A DNA stretch of 64,000 nt from Styela clava (taxonomy: Eukaryota), in the NCBI RefSeq assembly GCF_964204865.1, contig NC_135254.1, positions 14,198,001 through 14,262,000 on the forward strand. Reading direction: 5' to 3'. The notes under the pieces are model-generated. The model was not told the origin of the DNA. It saw nothing but the letters and a program-made list of their open reading frames with translations, and did no database searches. The translations under genes and the position numbers were made by a program. Within the stretch, counting starts at the first letter, position 1, and every line of letters begins with the position of its first letter. Below are positions 41,533 to 53,900 of the stretch, piece by piece.

Positions 41533-41559
41533 TATACCGTACCTACTACAACAAAAGAA

Positions 41560-41720
41560 TTTAAACCAAAGGGCATTTAAAGTCGGCAGCGCTGCCGCCT
41601 GAGCGAAAACTAAGAAGAAACCACAACAAACAAAAAATCGATTTCGTTCCGCATGAATAAATTGAAGGGATTTACATGTCGGATAAAATTTAAAATTTCG
41701 GGATCGAGATTAGAAATGTT
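41560..41720 (-). promoter_or_regulatory. Candidate CAMSAP promoter / 5' region
   Basis: Locally CpG-rich stretch just beyond the LINE; perfect 14-bp palindrome CGGCAGCGCTGCCG (41584-41597). Confidence 0.35.
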
Positions 41721-42078
41721 TAAAAAGCATGCATCTTTTTGGGTACTCTAGATTCTAGAAGTATGTGTCCAGAAGTATGAGTCAGTCACTTGGCTAGTCA
41801 CCGTCACCGAACTCGTAATAGAAATAAAAAAATAAGGAAAATTGAAATAAAATTATGGCCTAGCCCCAACCAGGTACACATACATACTTTTTGTAATATT
41901 GGCAAGTTTAAGAACTAAAAAATTGAGGCGACTTTGATTTCATCAGTGAAGGAGAGCTGGGAGCCGAGATTGCTTTCTCATTGGATTTACTTTCTCTTTT
42001 TTATGCACGTTACTTCTTTAATTGCTCACGCTTATTTTGCCTGATTATTGACGATGCCTTTTGTAGGTTTTGCTAGAC

Positions 42079-43453
42079 CAGTGTTTCCCAACCCGAGTCC
42101 GCGGTCTCAAATGAGTCCGCGGAGCGTTTGAATGAGTCCGCAGCGAGCCAGAAATTCACTGCGGACTGCAAAAGTTTTTGCTAAACTTAATTATCAGCCA
42201 AGTTACGATTTAAGTTAGAATTGACATAAAACATAAAAGGCAAGTTTATTCACATAACAATATTCGAGACAATAATTACTGGTTAAGGAGTAGGACTGGA
42301 CATATATATATATATATTCGAGTACTCAACTATCAGAATAGCAATTTACTATTCGAAAATTTGGTAACAGGTGACGCGTCGCCTGATCAAACGATTGGAT
42401 TTCACAACTCACTTGCGGATTTCCGACGAAAACACGAGTCTGCACACGCTTCGATAGATATCTTAGTGGTGTTTCTCGCGAGTTCGAACAACGAGGAATA
42501 AAAAAAAGAATGAAAAGCGGCAATACAAAATACTAAAAATAAAACAGAGAACACCATAAGTTTTGTTTTATGATGGTCCGCAACCGAATGAAAACGCTTC
42601 TTTAGACATTGCAAAACGCAAAATTTCGAGTGCTACTCAGTGGTGGGATTCAAATTTATTGTCAGGCGGTTCCATCACAAAAGTCATATTTTTCGGCCGG
42701 TTCTGTTACATGTTTTTTTTAGTAAGGCTTACCGGTTCGCTGATTTCATAAAATTCCGTGAGACGGTTCTATAGAACCGGTGCGAATCGGTTGCGCCATA
42801 AGTGTTGTACGAACAGCTCAGATTTGTAGAATTCACAAAAATACGAATCAAAACAAAATATAATCGGGCACTACCACGCGTTGCTTTCATTTCATCAACA
42901 CAACTGCAGATTAAAATCATCACAATTAAATTAATAGTGAAGCAAGGCGATGAATTTTTATTTTTTAATTTACTAATATACTTTAAATATATTTTTAATA
43001 AGTGCTAAATCAAGTTGTACTTTCTGGAACTTTATAGCAGATAGTAGGATTTTTCTAACGGCGATAACAAATTCGCAAGATTGCAAAAAATATATATCAA
43101 AACTAAATATAATCGGGCAATAGTATTCTCACATTATTATGTTCACAGATTGCCGTGGCATTTTGAAGAAGTAATGCTTTCATCATGTCGCAAGTCGACG
43201 CAATCGTGAGTTACCATGAACACAATTAAATTAAAATAGAAAGATATTTTGAATTGTCGTCGTTGTTATGGATTGAATATTGTGCGACGGAAACGGCCAT
43301 TATACACTAAAAAAGTCGGCTCTTTTAACGAGCACGTAATTGCTTTAACTGCTCCTTCACACAGAGTACGGTTGCAATAAACGCACCTTGAGTCCGCAAA
43401 GGTTTTCGCCGGTGAGAAAGTAGTCCGCGACCAAAAAAGGTTGGGAAACGCTA
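42079..43453. mobile_element. Non-autonomous hAT element, ~1.4 kb
   Basis: TIRs CAGTGTTTCCCAACC / GGTTGGGAAACGCTA; perfect 8-bp TSD TGCTAGAC (42071-42078, 43454-43461); subterminal GAGTCCGC repeats; nested fragment starting CAGTGGTGGGATTCAAA at ~42638. Confidence 0.92.
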
Positions 43454-44947
43454 TGCTAGACCGTAAATTTTTTGCCTGGTTTGTGACTCTTATACGCTCT
43501 TGTTTTTCCTTCCTTCTATCACCTGACTTTTCATGCAGCTCTCATCCGCTCCCATTGCCCCTCCGTAATGCTACCCGAAAATTTCCCCTCCTTAACACCA
43601 CGATGGCTTTCCCCAGCCGTTGCCTTCCATCCCTCGACTGTGCGCTTTTGGTCTCTAGTCTGAAGACTGCTAATTTTTCATTCTGAATAATCACAATCTC
43701 CACGCAGACGCAGATAACAATAAATTGGCGAGACCTAAAAGTACATGAAAAGTCACAAAACGTTTTTGCCTTTATCTGTACTGAATTTATTAAATAATAT
43801 ACGCAATAGCATCCAAAGCATTCTTACGCCAATACATTAGCGCACTTGATGTATCTAGTGCCCAAGGATAGAAACTTCATATCCACCCCGAGGGAGAGTA
43901 AAGCCGGTTCAGATTCCTCATGCGGCAAACATAGTGGCCTACATTTGAATAAAAAAAATACATTCACCGAAAATATATTCAATATTTTGAATGCAAAAAT
44001 GCTCTCCAACGAAACTGCACGATATTAATTGAACATATGTGAAATCAACAAATTCGTGGATACAAGGCAAAAACAAACTCAGCATTAGATCATTTAATAA
44101 TTAAAGCAAATTCTTCAAATTGTCTGGAGAAAATTTTTCTGTTACAAGCTGGAGCTTGATGAACACTTATTTATTTGCTGACACATGCATTTTTAGATGT
44201 TTCCCGTCGACGCTTTTTTTTTGGTTACTGGCACCGCCTTCAAAAATAAATTTTTCTAGAGTGATTAGCTGAGTTTAGGTCCATTTTTTGACAACTTTAT
44301 GCTCAAAAATATTCATCTCATGTAAATTAATGGACAGTTGTGTGGAGCACATATCGAACTAATTTCATTTAGAGCGCTTTGGAAGCAATTACAAGCCATG
44401 TAATAAACAGTATAAAATACCGAGGAGTAAATCCTGGGGAAAACACAAATAAAGTTTTGACTAGTCTTGATAAAAAATACCAAAGTTACGTTGTTCCAGA
44501 ACATGCTTTCTTTATTAAATTCAAGGCAAACATGCTGCAATGAAAAGGTAGTCTATTTTGACAGCTAGACCTTCTAGGAACACCATTGTAAAGCAAAACG
44601 TTCAACTTAAATTTTTAAATTATCCAATTCAAAGTATGATCAGGCAAAAAAATAAGCCTAGATAATAAAATATCAAATACAAAGACATTAAAATGGAAAC
44701 AATATAGGTTACTGATTCAATAGAATCTTAATTACACAATATACATGTTAAATTGCCCATATACATCGGATAGAATAGTTGAGTCAGGTCTAAACTTGAA
44801 AATAACTGGAATCATAAGACCGTGGTTTTGCTATGAATGAAAACGTGACCCGACCAAAGAAGATTCTTTGATAAACAGCAGTCGGGAAGCGTAAATAAAA
44901 CATAGTTCGACATTGGCCCTTATTTGGTTGAAGATAATCTGCGTTTT

Positions 44948-47900
44948 TCAAGCGTATTTGTTGAGAGTTCCGACAATCCAATGCATAAGTACAGACGTAT
45001 CCGCGTATAGTCCAGGGTATGGAATACCGTCTTCATCCTTATTGGCACAGCCCCATCCCCAACTGATTATACCAAGCTGAACAAAGCATTTGTCGCCATC
45101 TTTGTTTGTGACCTAAAATTTATAACAAATTGTCATTGAATTTCTCCGAAGATTATATTTTCAATAAATAAACAAGAGAGTAATTCTCAAATATATGGAC
45201 ACGAAAGCCAAAACAAAGTGGTATCAAATCTTTTTCACTTACAGTACCAGTATTCTGACCACTACATTACTGAGATGTTATCACGGAACCACGCAGGTGC
45301 GCAATTTTTCATTTTGATGACGTACAATACACAGAAAAACGAATTCCATACAGGGCACAGGAATAAAAGGAATGGCCCTCTAGCGACAACAACAAGCCTT
45401 AACCACTGAAATTTTCAAAGAAATAAATCCTGTTGTTAAAGAGTAAAGCGACACCAGCAACATAATAACAAACCATCACAGTGTCAGTAAAATACCAGCC
45501 AGATGTTTAGAGAATTGTAGCAGATGTCATATGGAACTGTTACACGATGTCATATAAATCTGTTCCAATGAATTGAAATAAAAATTCTGGGTGAAATAGC
45601 GGGCCCATAGGACTGCTTTAGCATTACATAGAATAAATGAAAAAAATGGAAATTATAGTCTTTTAGCGACGTTTTCCACCTTCACACTCTGAAAATCTGA
45701 AATCCAATAATCCAGTAATTGCCAAAAGCGATTTTTCACAAAAAAAACAATGATTTCTCAAAACGATCCATATGAACACTTCATGTTCTTTAGATTTGTA
45801 CATACCTGTCTTACTAATGGTCCACCGCTGTCACCCTGACACGCATCCCTGCTCGTAGAGTTACCAGTGCATAACATTCTGCTTGTAAATCGAGCGGATT
45901 TATATTGCTCTTTTATGCGTTTAACACCACTTACACAACTGAAAGTAAATAAATCAAATAGAATTTAAACCAACGTTTCTACAATAGACGATACTCCCGT
46001 AGTGTGTGTACCCGGTTAGGGTTAGGGCATAATGTTATTCCGATTTTCAATATTTTAGTTATATTACGAGTTCGGGAATGGAGAGCCCAATCGACAACGT
46101 CTTCATGAATATAGCATTATTTATATAATTATATAGTTGAAAATTGTTTATAAATATAATGATCATTTTAAGCATCATTCACAATCTTGGAATTCTTAAA
46201 CATTCTCATTTTCCTAAATTTTGTGGGAAGTTTTAGTAATTTCTGTACGAACAAGGCTCCGTACACAGCCGTACTCGGAGCGAAAATCGTATAGATATCA
46301 ATCTTTCTGTATCGGTCTGTTACAACCCGGCTGAAATGGTGGACGTTGGCTTGAACTGTTGAACGGTTCTGCATTGGTTACTCAATTTATGATTTAGACG
46401 GGAAAAGTAATACCATAATCTGAATTCTTTTTTTCAATCCAATTTAAACCTTATTATTTGCACAGCTCTGATATGCCCTTTTCTATATTTGTAAAAATAG
46501 CTTCTGATATTGAAATATTGAACATAAAACTTACTCGTCAGATTTAAGAAGTTTTAATAAACTCTGCTGCAACGATTCAGGGAAATCGAATATTTGGCTC
46601 AGCATAGTATTTGGTGTTGTGTCTCCGAATCCCGTTATTACCACGCCGTCTTCTTCCTCCACAGACTTGATTTTCCTACCTGGGATAAAAAAGTTTAAAC
46701 ATAAAGTAAGATAACTCGTTAGATGTTTTTATGGTTGAAATGGGTTGCTACAATAGTCATGTTTCAGCACATGATTATGTGGTTTAACATCGTGTTAAAG
46801 GTACGAAACGCGCCTGCCTTCTGATTACCTTCCGCGGAATCGCAGGTTAGGATCCCTTGATGGTAATTGGGTACGGTATGACTACTAGACTCTCTCTCGG
46901 ACCATTAGTAAAAAGATTCCGGTTCTGACACTCGACTCCGGGTTGACAAAATGTTGACTCCGTGGCATCCGGTTAAAAGAAATTTTGACTATGCTTCCAG
47001 CTCTGAACTCAAAAATTTGATCAATTTTGATACCAAAATTGTTGGCGTATGCATGCCTCCTTTCATTGTCTATTGAAAATGCTTAGTCAGACTAATGCTC
47101 TTCAAGTTCCTGTTGATAAGTTTGAGGTAGATTATCGCCATTTAAAATTCAAAATTCCGACTCCGTCTCAGACTCACTTATATCAATAAAATATTTGTGG
47201 GCTCAGTTGCCCAGAGTTTGAAGCAGTGAGACTTAACCATGGTCACATCATTTGCGTTAAAATCCCATAGCCACAACTTTACTCAGCAGGGTGTAATAAA
47301 TTGGGTAGACAATGTCGAAGCAACAGGAAAAGTTCAAGTCCTCCTAAACCATAGTCGCTTCTTACAAAGCGGTGGCTTCTTGTGCATAGCCTCGTTAAAT
47401 GAAATCATAATCATAATCGTAATCATAAATCATATATTTTCAGTTTTATGTGGAATCCAGTGAAGATTCGTCTTGAAACAAGATTGATACTGCCAGTCTG
47501 CCAGGTAAACAAACAAAACGTTACAATTTTTTCTACATACCATATTTAATGCAACGAGTTTGATCGAAGGAATAAGATGGAATTCCATTTTCAATTTTGG
47601 AATCTTCTTCTATATCGCAAGCACTTATACAAGGCAATGCAACAGGTCTAACATATTGACTGAATGTTATTTCACCATGTGTTGCGTCTTCGTCCACAAC
47701 GAAAACATCATCAGCTATCTTCAGCCGTTTTCCTACTTTAATCTGAACAAAAATTTGTATAGCGTTCTTTCTTAAGCAATTTGACACACATTCTAAGTTA
47801 GAGGTCTTCGGTTTAAGCCCAAGTCCACTCGACTTGACTTGAACTCAGGTACTTTTTCTAAAAACAGGAAGAATTCGAGCCATATTCTATTCATATTTGC

Positions 47901-50900
47901 TCATTTTATTGTTATTTATGTAATCTACAATGACTTGGACTCGTAATGGGTCTCGAAACAAAAACGACCCGAATCGGCTTGTCACTCGCAACCAAAATGA
48001 CTCGACTTGCCATCGAAGTTTAAAATTTGCTGTGACTCGAACCCGGGTGGCTCGTGACTCGATTTGAGACTCGCGACTTAGAGTTATACATTGAATACCT
48101 ACCAGAGCAATATCGTAGTCAAAACTTTTTCTGTCAAATTTTTCATGCTTTGTTGACATCTCAGGCTCAAAGAATTGCACCCAACTTTTGATTTGAGAAT
48201 TTTTCTTTGGTATCTCGGTGACACCTAAACAATATATGGAAATATTTTGTTCTAAGAAACGCATAACAAATATCCTACAGCAGAGATATAATTCTTGCAA
48301 ATGGTGAAAACATTGCTGTCGCGCAATGGTGGAAATATAATGGGAATTGTATTAAATCTGAACAAGTTTGCATACTTCTAGCTATATTCTGAAAAGCTAA
48401 AACATATCAAACTGAATAAAATAAGATGCGACTCCAACCGTCCAAAATTCAATGGCATTATGTCTCATACCTAGTCCCAATATGATCTTCTTCGTCTCCG
48501 CAACAAGATGCGCGGCTGTGAGAATCCATTTCTGATTAATAATCGACGCACCACCCATCAATGAGTCCAAACTCTGAAGAAATATGGAAATGAAACGGCG
48601 TATTTGTACTAAAAGATCATTATAATAAGCTCTGAATAATTCTTTTCCCAACAAGTCACTGCTAGTTAAGGAGCTATAAGGCCCGGAAGGAACAGGCTCA
48701 CCAGGCCTACGAATTCTAGGAAATCAAAATCAAAAGGGGTATGTTACAATAGACGTTACAACACGTTACAATAGAATAAAACGAGAATATCGGTCAGAGA
48801 CCGAAGACTTATTGATCGAAAGTTAGGGGATCCCCCAGAACAGCTCTCTTACTTCATAGTGACACCTAGTGTCCCGTCACTAATTAATCAATAACTCGCT
48901 ACTTATACGACATAATTTGCCCAAAATCAATAGTCTTTTGGTCCGAGATAAGATGAATGCACATGCAAAATCTGTAGCAGATTCAATCTCGCTTTCGTGA
49001 GATATCGCGTGCATCTAACAGACAAACAGACATACAGACAGACAAATACCAACATACTTACCGACTAAAATCGATAAGTAATAATGAATATGCTATTTAC
49101 CATACATTCCTAGTTTTGAAAGTTATTGAACGAACTATTCTAAGAATAGATTCAAATGTCTTACTCTATATAATAAGTTCCTCTCATTTCTAAGTACCAC
49201 AACTTGCCACGGCCATGCGCCAGCTTTTGAAGACTTTCCTCCAATTACACGCTGCAACGAATTTTTTGTTAATATGTTCCCGATGTCGCCAGCTATACCT
49301 GGTGTGTTGAATGCTAAAAAATGATAATTAGTAACCATGAGTTATGAGTAGGCCTACCTTACCTTCCTATTAAGAGCATTTCAATGCCTGAGAATGTACC
49401 AGCCAAATTGTAACTAAATATGGTGCTCTCTTATTTCGCTTAGATTTCATCCTGAATTATGAAAAAACAGTAGCAAAATGTGGAATAAAATGTCGAGTCT
49501 TGGTCCCAAATTGATTAGTAATTGATAATTCTTTCACAAACAAACGAAAACAACAACAACAACTGTCCAGCAAATCAATCTATAGGTCTGCTTCGTGTCT
49601 AATAATATTATATAGTCAAGATTGAAATACTGTGACATTGATCTTGATTTAAGATTCAAAACAACTTACAGAAACATTTTGGAGCTAATCCTGTCCATCT
49701 TCCATCAGATCTGCATACTCGGCTTTGAACACCGGTCAGAATATAACCAGGATTACATCCATAATCTACCTTGTACCCATATGTTTTATGGCCACTGAGT
49801 ATGTAACCATTTTCGGGCAAGTTTAGAGGCTCGCATTCAGCATCTGAAGAAAGTAAAAAACGAGGTTCGTTGCTTGCTCAAATACGATTTTTGAAAACGT
49901 ACCATTATCTCTTGTAAAAATACATCAACCCGATTGAAAACGAGGAACCCTACCCGCCGTTTTCACGCTAATAATCAGGTAATGTGCTTTAAAATTCAAT
50001 ATTTATTATCCTAACCTGGGTTGAAGCATGATTTTCCACACCATCCATCACATAAACATTTATATCCAATTCCTTCACATTGATTATCAGATTCACATTT
50101 AGGAGGACAAGTCATACCATTTTCGACTCTCTTCAAATTTCGTCTGCAACTTCGTGCTAAAATACAATTGAATATTGCTTTGACACCAAATGTATATAAA
50201 TTCGATTCGATCAGAAACTGCTTGCATCATTGGTTTAAAGATCCCCGGGTTTATCTCAAGCCCCAGTAGCTCTCAGCATATCAGTGGTTGCCTGTACAAA
50301 TCATTGTACTGAGAGAAGCCGGTCCCATGAAAAATATATTTATTTGTGGGCGCTGTGGTCTAGTGGTAAAAGCTTTAGACTCAACTATGATGGCATTGCT
50401 GGTTACAATCTCGGGTACAAATTCCATGCCCGTCACCTCGCCTAGTAATAAATGCCCTTAAAATAAAGCATCGTACATATCAGTATCATCTTTTCCATAG
50501 CCTTGTTCGGAGCTAAGCCTTGTTCGAGGCGAAAGACAAACAAATACGTCGTGGAAAATATCACTGGTATTTTCATTTTCGTCTCAAACAACTTACGCCG
50601 CTAAAGCATTAAGCACCAGTATTTTGTAGACCGTTGGCAGCGATTAAGAATTACAGGAATATGAGATAAAAATTGGCTATATGATATTTGAATTTCTTAC
50701 CTGCACAGTATGGAGCTGGACCAGACCATCTGCCTTGTTTCATACATATAATCTTGTTGTCACCCTTCGTTTCATATCCAATATCACATTCAAATGTTAT
50801 TTCGGTACCAAGTGGATGAGGATATTCGTTCGTTGCAGTCATATCGCTGTTAAATGGACGAAAAACCTTCTGACAAGTAACCGTTGGATCTGTAATTATA

Positions 50901-53900
50901 GAAATAAATATTTAAATTTTTAAAATGATATAAACATATTAAAAATGTGACTGTTTCCCAATATAAGCTAACGCCGTTTGTTCAATAAAAAATGTTTTTG
51001 AAATGCATAAAAATTTTAATATCAGAGGAAGTTGGGGCACGCAAACTGTAACCACCGTGTAGCGAATCTAGGCTCAACCAAACCAATGTGCTTTTGATCT
51101 TTGGAAATAGATAATATATTTTCACATGGGCATAAGTTACTGCTTATCTAAACAGAGCATGATTCAGAGAATTATGTACTTAATATTAGGAATGGATATG
51201 TAGTTTCAATTGTCACTTAAATGCCTCCTCTGTACAAGGCTGTTTCTTGCGAGGTTATATACTCATCGAGTTTCACTTTTAGGCAGTTAAAATATGTACT
51301 GATAATAAAGTGCTACTATGCATAAAACAGATGTGGTCCGTCTACCCTTGGATATCCTATTTACAAAATTCTTTTTGCGTTATTCTCACCGAATGCACAG
51401 TCTGGTCTTTTACATTCTGCTACATCTAGATGTGGTCCATCGCATTTTGTCACTTCCATCGCTCCATCGGCACATTTTCTTGTTCGAGTCTTTGTTCCTG
51501 TTCCGCATGTAACCGAACATGCGCCGAAAAGTTCCCAATCTGACCACTTGCCTGTTGAAAAATTCAAAATATTATTTACGCAATAATGAATGTAGTTGGG
51601 TAGGTTAGGAATTTTATATTTATATCGGGGGCGAGGAAAGCCGATAAGACGACTCAATTAAATGGCAAATCACGGCTCCTCGTCCTGTTATCAGTTCATG
51701 TCGGATATGGGGTTAGTTAGCCAGTTGTTTCAGATGCGTGGACATGAAGTCGTAATCGATCAGCGGTTACGCGAACCACCCCTCACGACGGCGAGGAGTC
51801 CAGCAATCCCCTCGCACATAATTAGCTCCCACGGGTCTCCAACCTGCGAATTCGTGCCAGATGGAAAGCGCATACCTTACGATTTGCACGATGCGCCAAA
51901 CGCCGAACCAGACGAACATAGAAACGAAATATTCGAAAACGAAATGAAATTAATTAACCAGTGTTTTGTTGTCATTATTTAGCAACAAAAATTGAAACTG
52001 AAATACAAGCATCTGTTATTTTTTTTATTAAGTACATTCAAGATTACAAGTATCAATGTACTCTTGTATGATATATTTTTGTTCCACCTCTAAGACTAAG
52101 TGAATGATTTTAAACTTAATCGATGTTTCTCCGACTCGTATTACCCAAAGTAAAATATTTCAGAATATCCAACCAGTTCAAATATTGATAGATAAGTTCA
52201 GCCTAGTATATCGCAGCTCTTTCTGGACTAATTCATGATTACTGAAACTGAACTGAAATTACTATAAAAACTAAATCACCAATGAGGTATTTGATTTATA
52301 GTGAAACTGACAAATAGCTAGCAAAATGGGCAATAACGAGTTAATGTTTACAACCGTGCCTAAAAATCTGTCCGAGTGAAAAAAAATGTTTATGAGCGGA
52401 TAAAATTCCACTGTTGTGTCACTTTTAACATCTCACTGACAAGCCAATCTTACAGACAGAATCAAACGAATGCTTGGAGAAATGTTACACAAAAACAAAG
52501 AATCAATTTAAAAATGGAGGCACCCACATTCTGGTTTCTCGCATCTTCTATGTTGCGTCCTTCTTCCAACGCATCCACCTTTACCAACTTCACCGCCGAT
52601 GCAAGTTCTTGTACGACGACTTATACCGGATCCACAGGGTACAGGACAATCCTCCCATTTTTGCCAGTCACTCCATCTACCTGTAATATCCAACGATATA
52701 TCTCAATCGAATAATTCATTGAACGACGATTGTAATTTCCATGCATCGAACCCACAAAATACGGTAGAGACTGACTTATCATTAGTGCTTGTCTATAGCC
52801 TTATTCAAAGCAAACCAACCTACGAAAATGTGTCACATTCGTAAAACTGTACATGAAGATTGTCTTGGACATTTTCTTCGTATGCTGATAGTTAAACTGC
52901 AATTCATATAAGTGTGTCGTCATAAAGAGAACACTCTGGTTTGTCGCACACAACAGTTACATACGTCAATGGTAACAACATTGAAATTTTTTTCATAAAA
53001 TCCCTGCTCACAAACGGTGCCAGTTTGAGAAACGTTTTCGCCACTGACTGACTCAGTTGTCCTACACGAACCTATCGATTAAGTACATATATGACACTCA
53101 TGCATACAGAACCTTTTGTGTTGCATGGGGTTTCGTTACAAATCCTTGCTTGTTCTGGATCTCCTTGACATTCTCCAGGTTTTGAGCAGGTTCTTGACCT
53201 TGCTTGTGTACCAGAACCACAGGACACGGGACATGCGCTCCAGTCAGACCAAGGCATCCAAGTAGCTTGGGGTTCTAAGACATAAGTGGGCTATAAGTTT
53301 GAATACATTACAAGGTGAATATAAAGAAAAAATATGTAAGGCCCTATAACTGACCCGTGTCGCACTCCATATCATTGCACATTTGCGATTCTTGGCCTCC
53401 TTCCTTGCATCCTTCATCACCAATACTTCCACCTTCACATTTCCTTATTCTCAAAGATAGCCCGATACCACACGAAGCAGAACATATACTCCAATCACTC
53501 CAATCTCCCCAACCTATAGAAAATGGTGTAAAAGAAACGCTTAAAGATTTAGGGTTTTTGTTCTGAATTTAACGCGACGATAACACGTCAAACTGAAAGA
53601 TTCAAACCATTTTTATACAACGCTGGAAAGATCGGAATTTTTCGGTTTGACATTAACTACAAACTCCGCCCTGAGTGGGACTCGTACACAAGATTTTTAC
53701 CTGCGAGGTACCATCGTTAAGTCTAACGATTTAACCACTAGGCCATTGCAATTGTTTTTTGCGTCACTTGTCAATTGCGGTTGAACCATTATATCTCTGC
53801 TTCCAAATTATTATTTTTTTGTTTAATTCTGGTTGCTTGTACAGAGCGTTGTTCTGAACGAAACGCGTGAATAAACGTCTTATATATAAACTGCCAAGTG

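Noticed and set aside
50348-50445. tRNA genes (also 11865-11996, 19547-19650, 53660-53750)
   Set aside because: A/B-box-like motifs are present but there is no clean cloverleaf or anticodon arm, and the copies are degenerate and dispersed, as expected for SINE heads.
51662-51982. 106-aa ORF or ribozyme in the GC-rich island
   Set aside because: It overlaps a SINE-like repeat; no hammerhead (CUGAnGA...GAAA with stems) or HDV fold could be built by eye.
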